A stretch of DNA of 64,000 nucleotides from an uncultured delta proteobacterium (GCA_963737905.1 CAVTUQ010000027.1:32001-96000); one strand, 5' to 3'; positions 27,886 to 38,619 are shown, counted from the stretch's first letter. The notes: generated from the letters alone by a model not told the origin. Numbers and translations: made by a program.

Positions 27886-28737
27886 CTAACCGGTTTCTTG
27901 CTGATCCCAACTGAAGAAGGGGATCGCGGGAAATCCGGCATCGAGTCCTTCTGCGTACGACGGTGACGTTAGATTCGCTACGCCCATCATCATAAGGAAG
28001 TTCAAATAGCCAGTGGTCATATTCCCGGCTTTCATCATTCGAACTGGGCTGCAGCCCTCCGCCGCGCTTTTGATATCGCCGTGCTCGATCCAACCCACGG
28101 CGTCGGCGTCGAATTGCGGGTCCATCAGGTGACGCTCGAATTGCCGCGGGCCGCCAATCTCAAGCGACAGGTGGCCGCTGACGAGCACACCGACTCGTCG
28201 ATCGCCCGGGATGCTGTCAATGGCCTTACGTATGGCGACGCCGACTTCGTAGAAGCGTTTGGGCCGCGGCATCGGCGGCGCAATACAATTGGTCAGGATG
28301 GGAACGATCGGTATATCCATCTCCGGCCGGACGAACATCATCGGCACAATGATGGAATGATCGATCGTCAATTCATTGGAGTATGAGAAATCCACTCCCT
28401 CATCCAAGGCGCGTTCAAGAATGTGATCGGATAGATCCGGGTCGCCGGGCAGTTTGCAGGCCGGCAGGCCGAATTCGCGAGTCTCGTCATAGAATGTCCC
28501 ATCATAGCTTTCCATTTTACCGATCATGAAAGGCGGCATGTTGTCCATGAAAAACTGGTGCAGGTGGTCGTTACCGATCGTAATCAGCACGTCCGGCTTG
28601 GCCTCGGCCAGCTTCCTGCGCATCATGGCGATTCGCTCTTTGACCTTGGCGGCGCCTGGCGGCTGTTGCGGCTGTTGAAAGAGGCGCGGCATAAATGGGT
28701 TGTGGGTGATGCCGATAATCGTCACCAGTTTAGCCAT
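27886..28737 (-). CDS. LigB-family extradiol ring-cleavage dioxygenase
   Basis: GITHNP, GNDHLHQFFMDNMPPF, IDHS, VPILTN. Confidence 0.85.
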   Translation of the reverse strand: MAKLVTIIGITHNPFMPRLFQQPQQPPGAAKVKERIAMMRRKLAEAKPDVLITIGNDHLHQFFMDNMPPFMIGKMESYDGTFYDETREFGLPACKLPGDPDLSDHILERALDEGVDFSYSNELTIDHSIIVPMMFVRPEMDIPIVPILTNCIAPPMPRPKRFYEVGVAIRKAIDSIPGDRRVGVLVSGHLSLEIGGPRQFERHLMDPQFDADAVGWIEHGDIKSAAEGCSPVRMMKAGNMTTGYLNFLMMMGVANLTSPSYAEGLDAGFPAIPFFSWDQQETG

Positions 28738-28808
28738 GGGCGACCTCCTGGAGATTGTAGGGTTGATCTTTAGCGCAACAAGCTCGGCGAACTTTCGACG
28801 ATTTCAAT

Positions 28809-29789
28809 CTACTGACCCAAAGACTTGAAGTAGCCATTCTTTTCCAACTCGTTGTAGATGCTGGGGTCCAGGAACTCATCGGCTTTTCGCCCCCTCGCCC
28901 TGGGGTCTGTTTCCGCTGCTTGCGCCAGAATGGTCTCGATGGCCTTATACGGCAACCGCGGCGGTCTTTCGATGAAGTTGGTGGCGTATTCGTAAGACGA
29001 TTCCAAGGCTTCACGGTCCTGAGTACGGGTCCACTTTCCAATTACTTTCATGGCCAGCTCTTTATCACGAAACAAGAGATCTACAGCTTCGCTATACGCC
29101 ATCAAGAATCGCTTTACCGTTTCACGGTCCTTTTTAATCGTGGAACGAGTGGAAACAAGACTCGTGGTGGGGTAGTCGAGCCCTACCTTGGCAAAGTTCG
29201 CGAACAGAGAAAAACCTGTCTTCTTTGCTTTGAAATCTCCTGGTGAAGACAGGACCCCTCCCTGAATTACGCCGGCCTGCATCCCGGCGAGAATTTCCGG
29301 CTGCCCGCCCATTTGGATGACTTTTACGTCACGATCAGGCTCAAGTCCCCACTTTTTTAGCAAAAAGCGCAAAGTGAAATCTGTCGAGGCGCCGTAGCGT
29401 GTAATCCCCAAAGTCTTGCCTCGCAAGTCCTCTTGGGTCTTGATCGCTGGCTGGACGTAAAGGTAGAAAGACGGCACATTCACCACGCCGCCAAAGGTCA
29501 CGATATCGCCGCCGGCAAGATCAGCAAAGACGATATTGCCACCCGCCAGGGCCACCGTGAATTCTCCGGCGATGATCGCCTGAGACACCCTGCTGCCCCC
29601 GGCGACGTAAACCGGATCGACATAAAGCCCATGCTTGTCAAAGATCTTGGCGTCCTTGGCAAGATAGAAACCGGACTGCGTCGCGCTGATGGCACTATAG
29701 GCGACAGCGATGCGTTTGGTTTGCGCCTGGAGTGTCCCGTGAATCAACCACGCCAGCAACAGAACGGAAACCATAAGATATTTGTTCAT
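28809..29789 (-). CDS. NitT/TauT-family solute-binding protein
   Basis: Signal peptide, IFDKHGLYV, DLRGKTLGITRYGASTD. Confidence 0.87.
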   Translation of the reverse strand: MNKYLMVSVLLLAWLIHGTLQAQTKRIAVAYSAISATQSGFYLAKDAKIFDKHGLYVDPVYVAGGSRVSQAIIAGEFTVALAGGNIVFADLAGGDIVTFGGVVNVPSFYLYVQPAIKTQEDLRGKTLGITRYGASTDFTLRFLLKKWGLEPDRDVKVIQMGGQPEILAGMQAGVIQGGVLSSPGDFKAKKTGFSLFANFAKVGLDYPTTSLVSTRSTIKKDRETVKRFLMAYSEAVDLLFRDKELAMKVIGKWTRTQDREALESSYEYATNFIERPPRLPYKAIETILAQAAETDPRARGRKADEFLDPSIYNELEKNGYFKSLGQ

Positions 29790-29966
29790 TCGTCACCCCT
29801 TCCTTTGGGTCGTTGCCATATTCACCGCCTGCGACGGTCTTAATACCATATGCCTTGGCCACTCGCTACTGAGCCGGCAGCCGTTGACAACATGCCACCT
29901 GCGACATTATATGGACGCAGCCTTTGCGCCATGGCTGCAGGGAGCATACTTTAAACGGGGGCAATT

Positions 29967-31166
29967 ATGCGAGGAGAGATCGAAGCGATCCAAGCCAAAA
30001 GCGAGAGTCGAAATGTCCGGTTAGTCGGTCACAACGATCTCAACGGTCACGGCGACGGGATGCAGCTACTCAAGAACGGCCGATACGTTTATCTTGCGCA
30101 TCTTGGCACCTCGCCGATGGCGCTCACGATCTTGGACGCGAGCGACCCGTCGGATCCTAAAGTCGTGCGCCAGATGCCACATCCCAATAATACCCACGCG
30201 CACAAAGTGCAAATCGCGGGCGATATCATGATTCAAAATCAGGAGCGTCCCTATTTCGACAAATCGATCTCTGCGAGTGTGCCGAACGAAGCTGGCATTC
30301 GGATCTATAGCATTGGTAATCCAACGGAGCCCCGCGAGATCGGCTACATGAAGATCCCGGGTAAAGGCGTGCACCGCATGTGGTTTACCGATGGCAAGTA
30401 CGCCCACGTCGGCGCGATGATTCCGGGGATCAAAGAGCGGGCTTATTTGATTGCGGATCTATCCGACCCGTCCAACCCGAAGCAGGCGGGTGTTTGGTGG
30501 ATTCCCGGAACCAAGGAAGGCGAGGAGACGCCGCCGGACTGGACGCCCTTTCCGGGCGAGCACTTTCACGTGCACGGAATCATTCCCCAGGGTGACCGCG
30601 CCTATGCCGCGCTGGTGGATGCCGGCATGGCGATCATCGACATTACCGATGTAAGCAAGCCGAAAACCATCAGCCGTATCGACTGGAGCCCGCCCTACGG
30701 CGGCTACGCGCATACGACTCTGCCGCTTCCGGGTAGAAAGCTCGTGGTAGCCGTCGATGAGTCGGTGAAATACGACTGTCAGGAAGGTGAAAAGCGAGTG
30801 TGGCTGATTGATATCCGGGAAGAAAAAAACCCGGTGATCGTCAGCACTTGCCCGGTCCCGGAGGGCGACTTCTGCAAGCGGGGCCTGCGGTTCGGTCCCC
30901 ACAACGTCCACGAGAACCGACCCGGATCATTCCAGAGCGAGAATTTGATTTTTGTTACTTACTATAATGCCGGCCTTCGGGTTTTTGACATAAGAAACAA
31001 GTTCCGCCCGGAGGAAGTAGGTTACTTCATTCCACCAGCGCCTGAAGGACAAAAGGCGCCCATGTTCAACGACCTTTATGTCGATACGGACGGTTTGATT
31101 TACGTGACGGACCGCATCAAAGGCGGACTCTACGTTCTGGAATACACGGGACCAAAAATTCAATGA
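29967..31166 (+). CDS. LVIVD-repeat beta-propeller protein
   Basis: Repeated LTILDASDP, LIADLSDP, AIIDITDV and LRVFDIRN units. Confidence 0.85.
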   Translation: MRGEIEAIQAKSESRNVRLVGHNDLNGHGDGMQLLKNGRYVYLAHLGTSPMALTILDASDPSDPKVVRQMPHPNNTHAHKVQIAGDIMIQNQERPYFDKSISASVPNEAGIRIYSIGNPTEPREIGYMKIPGKGVHRMWFTDGKYAHVGAMIPGIKERAYLIADLSDPSNPKQAGVWWIPGTKEGEETPPDWTPFPGEHFHVHGIIPQGDRAYAALVDAGMAIIDITDVSKPKTISRIDWSPPYGGYAHTTLPLPGRKLVVAVDESVKYDCQEGEKRVWLIDIREEKNPVIVSTCPVPEGDFCKRGLRFGPHNVHENRPGSFQSENLIFVTYYNAGLRVFDIRNKFRPEEVGYFIPPAPEGQKAPMFNDLYVDTDGLIYVTDRIKGGLYVLEYTGPKIQ

Positions 31167-31179
31167 GATCATGTTTACT

Positions 31180-31243
31180 AACCGCAAAGAACGCATAGAA
31201 CTCAAAGAAGATTTGCTCTGCGAACTTTGCGTTCTCTGCGGTT
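31180..31243. repeat. Inverted 9-mer array (CGCAAAGAA-type)
   Basis: aaccgcaaagaacgcatagaactcaaag ... ctctgcgaactttgcgttctctgcggtt. Confidence 0.75.
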
Positions 31244-31269
31244 GAAATGTTGCGGGAGGAAAGTCAGGC

Positions 31270-32157
31270 GTGGCTACCGATCGTCTGGTTGTGAACGTCT
31301 TCAACGTTGATGCGGCGTTAAATGTCGCTCGCGGGAGAGGACTCTTCACTGCGGAGGGAATCGACGTTGAGCTGCTGGTCACGCCGAATTCGACGGATCA
31401 AATGCGCGGCCTCGGCAAGGGCTCTTGGCAGGTCGTTTCGACGGCATTCGACAACGTGCTCGGATGGTCGGGTCGCGAGGGCGCGGAGATTGTCGCCGTC
31501 GCCCAAATATCCCAAGGAATGACTTTGCCGGTTTACGTCAGGCCGGAAATTAAAAGCTGGAACGATCTTCGCGGCAAGAAGCTTGCGGTGGATGCCGTGG
31601 ACACGGCCTACGCGCTGGTCTTGCGGCGAATTATCCTGGAGCACGGCCTCGATTTCGATCGGGGCGATTATGAACTGGTCCCGCTGGGGACAACGGGAGC
31701 CCGCTTGGAATCGATGACGCGGGGTGAGACGTTTGCCGGTGTTCTTAATCCGCCGTGGGACAAGCAAGCTGAGGCCGCTGGACACAAGCGCTTCGCGGAT
31801 CACCGAGAGGTCTTGCCTAACTATCCCGGAGGAGTCTTTGCCGTCAGTCGTAATTGGGCGCGTGAAAATCGCCGGTTGCTGGTCAAGTTTTTACGCATTT
31901 GGAACAACGCGCTTCGTTGGTGTCATGACGACAGAAATCGCAGCGACGTGCTCAGGGTCATCGCGGCGGAGGAAAAAGTCGATGAAACCGCGGCGGAGCG
32001 GAAACTAGCGCAGTTGCCGCCCAGTGGAAAACTGAACTTATCCGGACTGCAGAACGTTCTCGATCTGCGCGTTCAATTTAATCTCACGCCGCCCATGGGG
32101 AAAGATTTGGCCACGTATTACGAAGAAAGTTTTTATCGAGAGGGTTCTAGCTCTTAG
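31270..32157 (+). CDS. NMT1/NitT-type SBP-fold protein lacking a signal peptide
   Basis: GLFTAEGIDV, DLRGKKLAVD; SD ggagga; in-frame stop at 31243. Confidence 0.8.
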   Translation: MATDRLVVNVFNVDAALNVARGRGLFTAEGIDVELLVTPNSTDQMRGLGKGSWQVVSTAFDNVLGWSGREGAEIVAVAQISQGMTLPVYVRPEIKSWNDLRGKKLAVDAVDTAYALVLRRIILEHGLDFDRGDYELVPLGTTGARLESMTRGETFAGVLNPPWDKQAEAAGHKRFADHREVLPNYPGGVFAVSRNWARENRRLLVKFLRIWNNALRWCHDDRNRSDVLRVIAAEEKVDETAAERKLAQLPPSGKLNLSGLQNVLDLRVQFNLTPPMGKDLATYYEESFYREGSSS

Positions 32158-32188
32158 TTACGCTCACCGACCGCAAAGGAGGAATTGC

Positions 32189-33226
32189 ATGAAGAATCTG
32201 AAGAGACTTTCAACTTGTTTAGTTTTGGTGATGACAATCGCCGTCTGGACAAGGTCCGGCCTTGCCGCACCCATCGACGATCTTATCAAGGGTGCCCAGC
32301 AAGAGGGAACCATCGAATTCTACGCCCCGTCAACGTTGACGCCCCAAGGCGCGCAGGCCCTGGCCGCGGCCTTCAACAAGAAGTACGGTCTCAACGTCAA
32401 ACTGCAGTACAGTCCTTCGGGAAACATGACCCGAGATATCGGCAAAGTCGTCGGTCTGGGCGCCACGGGCGTCCCGCCGGAATGGGATTTGATGGTGGTC
32501 ACAGACGCGCACCATGCGACCCTTTGGGTGAAAAAAATGCATCAGCCCTTTGACTATAAGAGTATCGGCGTCGATCCAAAAGCGATTCAGTACGACAACG
32601 GCGCGGTGAGCTTCGCCAATCAGTTTGTGCTCCCTGCGTACAATAAGAAACTGGTCACTGAAAAGGACGCGCCGAAAACTTGGGAGGATCTCTTGAATCC
32701 CAAATGGAAGGGTAAAATCGGCGTGTCGAGCGCGACCCATCATATGGCTCGCCTGGCCGCAGGACCCTGGGGGGAAGAGAAAGCGACCAACTTTGTCAAA
32801 GCGTTGACCAAGCAGGATTTGATTCTCGGAAGATTGGGCGAAATCTACAACCGGCTACTTCTGGGTGAAATCGTTGTCGCGGTTTCGTTGACTGACAGCG
32901 AAATCAAGGCGGACAAGAACAAGACGGCTCCGGTCGCGCAAGCGGAGGCCGTGTCGCCGCTAATTTCTCCCGCCTACGAGGCGGGCGTGCCTAAGAACGC
33001 CCCGCATCCTAAAGTCGCGTACCTGATGGCCGCCTATCTCACGACTCCCGAAGCGCAAAAAATCTGGGAAAAGTATGCTGGCCAAAGCTCGGCCTTGATT
33101 CCCGGAACCGCGGCCTATAAATACGCGCAGAACAAGACCGTCGTGTACATGACTCAGGACCAGGCTCAGATGGTGGATCGACTATCGAGAGAATACGGCA
33201 AGATTTTCGGTTTTAGCGGTCTATAA
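32189..33226 (+). CDS. Fe3+-type ABC transporter binding protein
   Basis: Signal peptide, APKTWEDLLNPKWKG, APHP. Confidence 0.87.
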   Translation: MKNLKRLSTCLVLVMTIAVWTRSGLAAPIDDLIKGAQQEGTIEFYAPSTLTPQGAQALAAAFNKKYGLNVKLQYSPSGNMTRDIGKVVGLGATGVPPEWDLMVVTDAHHATLWVKKMHQPFDYKSIGVDPKAIQYDNGAVSFANQFVLPAYNKKLVTEKDAPKTWEDLLNPKWKGKIGVSSATHHMARLAAGPWGEEKATNFVKALTKQDLILGRLGEIYNRLLLGEIVVAVSLTDSEIKADKNKTAPVAQAEAVSPLISPAYEAGVPKNAPHPKVAYLMAAYLTTPEAQKIWEKYAGQSSALIPGTAAYKYAQNKTVVYMTQDQAQMVDRLSREYGKIFGFSGL

Positions 33227-33244
33227 AGTCCTCAGGGGGCAAAC

Positions 33245-34999
33245 ATGAAGGCTGAGACAGCTCTTGGCGCTTTCGGTCAAGTCTTTGATGCGAAGAAGGT
33301 CAACGGTGTCGGCCTGTTCGCCGGCGGATTGACGGCGCTGCTCGTCCTCATGGTCGGCGTCCCGCTGCTGATGGTGATTCTCATGAGCCTGCGCACCGGA
33401 TTCCCGGGCGAGGGGGGACCGCTCACGCTGGCTAATTTCAGCGCCGTCTACAGCTCTCCCGGAACCTACAAGGTCCTGCTCAATACGCTTTTGTTCGCCG
33501 CGGGGACGGTGGTGGTGACGATCGCTTTTGCCGTGCCGCTCGTGTGGCTTCTCATGCGCACCGATCTGCCGCTTAAAGGAACGATCTACATATTGATGAC
33601 CGTCGGCATTTTGATCCCCGTCTTCCTCCGCACCATCGCGTGGATCCTGTTGCTCAGCCCGCGCATCGGTCTGGTGAACCAGTGGGCCACTCAGTTATTC
33701 GGTCTCGACCATCCGTTGGTTAGCCTGTACAACATACCGGGGATGGCCTTCATTCAGGGCGTCTCCTTTGTGCCCGCAGCGTTCTTCATGCTGGCGGCGG
33801 CTTATCACACAATGGACCCGTCGCTCGAAGAAGCGGCCTACACTTCCGGCGTGAGTAAGTTTCAAACCTTTCTCAGGATCAACGTTCCGATCACGTGGCC
33901 CGCGATCGCCGGTGTCATGGTCTATCTTTTCATGTCCGCGATTGCCGTATTCGAAGTTCCAGCGATCATCGGTTTTCCAGCCAGGATTCTCGTGTTGAGC
34001 GCTTTGATCTTCACCTCGACCAACCCGCCCACGGGTTTGCCCGACTACGGCCTCGCCGGCGCCTACGGCGCGGTCATGTTAGTGGCGGGCCTGACGTTGG
34101 CCTATTTCTATGTGCGGCTCGTGCAACATGGCAAGAAGTATACGGTCATCACCGGGCGGGGCTACCGGCCCCGGCAGATCTCGCTGGGGCGTTGGAAGTG
34201 GGCGGCGTTGGCTTTCGTGATGCTGTACCTGTCGATGGAAGTTTTTATTCCATTTCTGGTCCTTCTTTGGGCCTCGTTGCTGCCGCATTTGCAGCTGCCC
34301 TCGGCTGAGGCCTGGGCTCAGATCTCGCTGAATAATTACGAAACGATCTTCGACTTCGTCGACGCGTTGCCGTTTATTAATACGGCGATTCTAATGTTGG
34401 CCGTGCCCACGGGAACCATGCTCCTGGCGGTGCTGGTGTCCTGGATCGTGGTCCGAACCCAGGTAAGTTTTCGCGGTTCCCTCGATACCGTCGCTTTTCT
34501 ACCTCACGCGATCCCGAGCATTTTGCTCGCCGTCGGCCTTGGCTATCTCGGTTTGGCGTATAGAAATATTTTTCCCGTTTATGGCACCATCGCGATCATC
34601 GCTATCGCCCACATGATTAGCTGGGTTGCATATGGGACCCGCACTACCAACGGCGTGATGATTCAGGTGCACCGCGAGCTGGAAGAGGCAGGGAAAGTAT
34701 CGGGCGCTTCGACCTCCCGAGTTCTTCGCCGCATCGTTCTACCTTTAGTCGCCGCCGGCATCTTCAACAGTTGGATCTGGATCAGCATGCTGTCGTATCG
34801 CGAAGTGACCATGGCCCTGGCGCTGGGCACGCGCAAAAATCTCGTGATCTCGACCATCGTGTGGCAATTTTGGGGTAATGGCTGGGTGCCGCAAGTCGCA
34901 GCTCTGGGTGTGCTGCTGGTACTTTTTGCGGTGCTGGTGGTCGGTATCTTAAAAATTGGCTTTTCGCGCTTTGGTGGTGAGTTTGGCTCGGCGCATTAA
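33245..34999 (+). CDS. Fe3+-type ABC transporter permease (two TM domains)
   Basis: Two EAA loops: DPSLEEAA and RELEEAG. Confidence 0.9.
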   Translation: MKAETALGAFGQVFDAKKVNGVGLFAGGLTALLVLMVGVPLLMVILMSLRTGFPGEGGPLTLANFSAVYSSPGTYKVLLNTLLFAAGTVVVTIAFAVPLVWLLMRTDLPLKGTIYILMTVGILIPVFLRTIAWILLLSPRIGLVNQWATQLFGLDHPLVSLYNIPGMAFIQGVSFVPAAFFMLAAAYHTMDPSLEEAAYTSGVSKFQTFLRINVPITWPAIAGVMVYLFMSAIAVFEVPAIIGFPARILVLSALIFTSTNPPTGLPDYGLAGAYGAVMLVAGLTLAYFYVRLVQHGKKYTVITGRGYRPRQISLGRWKWAALAFVMLYLSMEVFIPFLVLLWASLLPHLQLPSAEAWAQISLNNYETIFDFVDALPFINTAILMLAVPTGTMLLAVLVSWIVVRTQVSFRGSLDTVAFLPHAIPSILLAVGLGYLGLAYRNIFPVYGTIAIIAIAHMISWVAYGTRTTNGVMIQVHRELEEAGKVSGASTSRVLRRIVLPLVAAGIFNSWIWISMLSYREVTMALALGTRKNLVISTIVWQFWGNGWVPQVAALGVLLVLFAVLVVGILKIGFSRFGGEFGSAH

Positions 35000-35060
35000 A
35001 TTAAGTTTCGAGTTAAAAACTAGAAACCAGAAACTCGTCACCCAAAACCTGGGAAATTAG

Positions 35061-36131
35061 TTGATCAGCATTCGCGGACTCAGAAAGTGGTTCGACAGCC
35101 GGCGCGGCCGCGTGGAAGCGCTGCGCGGCATCGACCTGGAAGTGACCGAGAAAGAGTTCTGCGTTCTGCTCGGCCCCAGCGGCTGCGGCAAGACTACAAC
35201 CTTGCGCTGTGTTGCCGGTCTTGAAAGGCCCGATGCCGGGGAGCTGGAAATCGCCGGTACGGTGGCGAACTCCGCGGCGCGGGGAATCTACGTCCCCACG
35301 GAGAAACGCGATATCGGCATGGTGTTCCAGTCCTACGCGATCTGGCCGCACATGAACGTGTTTAATAATGTCGCGTTCCCCCTGATCAAAGGACGTCATA
35401 GGATCCCGAAGGGGCAAATTGCCGAGAAAGTTCGCACCGCTCTCAAGCTTGTGCAATTGGACGGGCTCGAGGATCGGCCGGCGACGGATCTGAGCGGCGG
35501 GCAACAACAGAGAGTCGCGATGGCGCGGGCGATGGTGACGGAACCAAAAATTCTTTTGATGGACGAGCCTCTGAGCAATCTCGACGCCCGGCTGCGGGAG
35601 CAGATGCGTGTGGAGCTGAAAAAGATCACCAAGGCGGTCGGTGTGACGACTCTCTACGTGACTCACGATCAGGCGGAGGCTTTGAGTCTCGGCGATAAGG
35701 TCTGCGTCATGCATGACGGCGAAATTCTTCAGATCGCGCCGCCGCACGAGGTGTACGCTCGGCCGGCGAGTCTCTTTGTGGCGCAATTCGTTGGGGAGAT
35801 GAATTTTGTCAAAGGTCACGTCACCGGCCCATCGCAGGTGGAATGTCCTCTGGGGAAATTATCGCTTTCCGTCCCCACGGGCATTTCGGTTTCAAGCCCG
35901 GTGACGTTGGCGATCCGGCCGGAACACGTCAAAGTCAACTCGGCGGATGGTTCTCCTTCAGGCTTATCGGGAAACATCGCGAGTAAAAACTATCTCGGCG
36001 ACACCGCTCTGCTGGAAGTCGAAGTTAACGGCGTAACCTTGCTTGCCAAGCTCGCCGGAGACTCGGAGCTCGCTATTGGACAACGGGCCGCGGTAGAGTT
36101 GCCTTCCCACCGTTGGCATGTGTTCCCTTAG
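35061..36131 (+). CDS. ABC transporter ATPase with TOBE domain (FbpC/PotA-like)
   Basis: [27 protein letters not shown]. Confidence 0.92.
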   Translation: MISIRGLRKWFDSRRGRVEALRGIDLEVTEKEFCVLLGPSGCGKTTTLRCVAGLERPDAGELEIAGTVANSAARGIYVPTEKRDIGMVFQSYAIWPHMNVFNNVAFPLIKGRHRIPKGQIAEKVRTALKLVQLDGLEDRPATDLSGGQQQRVAMARAMVTEPKILLMDEPLSNLDARLREQMRVELKKITKAVGVTTLYVTHDQAEALSLGDKVCVMHDGEILQIAPPHEVYARPASLFVAQFVGEMNFVKGHVTGPSQVECPLGKLSLSVPTGISVSSPVTLAIRPEHVKVNSADGSPSGLSGNIASKNYLGDTALLEVEVNGVTLLAKLAGDSELAIGQRAAVELPSHRWHVFP

Positions 36132-36134
36132 TAG

Positions 36135-36194
36135 ATGGAGTACTGGAGTGATGGAGTAATGGAATGATGCGTTTTTGAAATCCGATACTCCATT
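36135..36194. repeat. 8-mer tandem repeat (TGGAGTnn) with partial inverted copy
   Basis: tggagt at 36136, 36144, 36152; tggaat at 36160; tactcca at 36186. Confidence 0.75.
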
Positions 36195-36273
36195 TCGTCC
36201 ATCCGGCCCCCGCTTATAGCCACGTCTTATCTGCCTTGCAGTCAGTCTGACTCTGTGCAATAGACACTTCATT

Positions 36274-38348
36274 ATGAGTCCAAACACACAAAGCGAGACA
36301 TTCAAGCGTAAGCCCGTAGAAAATCTCTTGAGCGCCCGGTCGGTTGCCATCGTCGGCGCATCAACCAAGGGGCGCTGGCCTTCGGGTATCTATCGCAATC
36401 TCAAGGCCGCCAAGTTCCCGGGTAACATCTATCTGATTAACCCAAATTACACGGAGATATTTGACGATAAATGCTATCCAAACCTTGCGGCTTTGCCGGA
36501 AGTGCCGGAACATCTCCTGATGCTCATACCCACGCGGGCTGTTATCGGCACGATAGAAGAGGCAGCAAAGCTGGGCACAAAGGCTGCGACCATCTACAGC
36601 GCCGGTTTCGGCGAAGGGGACGATCCCAAGGGAAAAGAACGTGCGCAGGCCATGAAGGAGCTATGTGATCGCACCGGGTTCGTTGTCTGCGGCCCGAACT
36701 GCATGGGGTCGTTCTCGCTGCCCGAAGGGCTATGGAGCTTTCCGACTCCCGTGCCGCTTTTGAAGAAGGGACCGGTGGGTTTGATCTTTCAGAGCGGCGG
36801 TTCGCTGGGCAACTGGGTCAAAGGAGCGTCGGAGCGGGGCATTGGGTTTACCTATGCCGTATCCAGTGGCAACGAAGTCAGTCTCGACCTGGTCGACTAT
36901 TTATCGTTCCTCGTCGATGAGCCCGATACCAAGGTCATCGCTCTAATGGTCGAAGGCATCCGCCGGCCCGAGAAATTTATGGCCGTGGCCGAGCAAGCGT
37001 TGAAAAAGAACAAGCCGATTCTCGTGGTCAAGCTGGGTCGTTCGGAAATGGGCAAACGCCAGGCGATTTCCCACACCGGCTCGCTGGCGGGAGCGGATGA
37101 AGTTTTCGACGCCGTTTGTCACCGGCTCGGGTTGATTCGTGTACCGACCCTGGAAGACTTGACGGAGATGACCTTGGCATTCATGCCGGGCCGTTTCCCG
37201 CGCGGGAGCCGAGCGGCGATCGTCGTCAACTCCGGCGGCATGAAGGGGTTGCTTTGCGATCACTGTGATGAGCTCAAGACCAATCTCGCGCAGTTGAGCG
37301 ATCAGACAAAAGCGGCGGTGCGCCCGTTGATTCCCGAGGAACTGGTGGTGGAAAATCCGCTTGAATGCGGGGTCGCCGGTTTCGGCGACGAGCAGGGTTT
37401 TATCAATATCGTCAAGCTCCACGCCGAGGACGATGGCGTCGATCTGCTGGCGATTCACGGCGAGCTGCCGCGCGGGGAAAAAGAGAAGCCGCGCTGTTCA
37501 AGAATCTTGCGGCGGCCACGGACAAACCGATCCTTGCGTTCGCTCGCTCGACTTATAGCTGCACCGACGAGAGCCGCGTGTATCAAGAAGAAGCGGGCAT
37601 CCCTTTCTTGCAGGCGATCAAGCCGACATTAAGGGCACTCGCAGGTTTGGGTTTGTACGGGGAGCGCAAGAGACTTGGCGTGCCAATTTTGCCGGTGGCG
37701 ACAGGGAAGACGGAGGACCTTGACGGGGAGAAGTTCAACCAAGTCCTCCAATCCAAGGGGCTGGCGTTGCCCCGGCAAGCGCTGGTTGAAACCGCGGCGG
37801 AAGCGGCTCAGAAGGCGAAAGAGATCGGCTTCCCGGTCGCTATGAAACTCATCGCGCCGGAAGTTGTTCACAAAACCGAATCAGGCGCGGTTGTGCTTGG
37901 ATTGAACAGCGCGGAAGAAGTCGAAGCTCAGGGAAAGCGGCTGCTGTCACTGGCCAAAGGCTCCGCGAAATTGCTGTTGCAAGAAATGGTACAGGGAACG
38001 GAAATTATCTTGGGCGCCCGCACCGATCCGCAATATGGACCTTTTATGATCGTCGGGCTCGGCGGCATTTTCGTCGAGGTTCTGAAAGACGTCGCCATTC
38101 GGCTCCTGCCGGTGTCGGAGAGCGAAGCGTGGGCGATGCTCAAAGAGCTCAAAGGCTACAAGGTTCTCGAAGGGGTGCGTGGCCAACCCCCCCGCGACAT
38201 CGGGGCGTTGGTCAAAGCGATGGTGGGCTTGTCGGACATCTTTTTGAACTACCGTAATCATCTCTCGGATCTGGAATTCAACCCGATTTTGCTGCGCGCT
38301 CAGGGGCAAGGGCTCGCGGCCGTCGATGTGCGGATGATTCGGAAGTAA
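36274..38348 (+). CDS. Acetate-CoA ligase (ADP-forming) family protein, frameshift near 37480
   Basis: VAIVGAS, GPNCMG, QSGG, SHTGSLAG; ATP-grasp HKTESG, PFMIVGLGG, LEFNP in the second frame; A5 run at 37478-37482. Confidence 0.88.
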
Positions 38349-38619
38349 ACGCGATCGCATACAGGAATTTCGACTGCGGGCCAACCGGGCGTTGAGCGAT
38401 AGTTTAGGCCGATTTCCGTGTAACTATCCTAAGGCAGTGGCATACCTAGATTGGAGCCGACATTTCGTCAGGTGCCGATAGCTGGGCAACACATCTCGGC
38501 ACGTGCTGCAACATTTGGAATGATCCTTATAGTTTGAAGGATTCCAGATATCGAATCGACACTGGCACATCCGTTGCTCTGACTCTTTTCCATGTTACGA
38601 AATCTGCAAGGAGTTGCCG

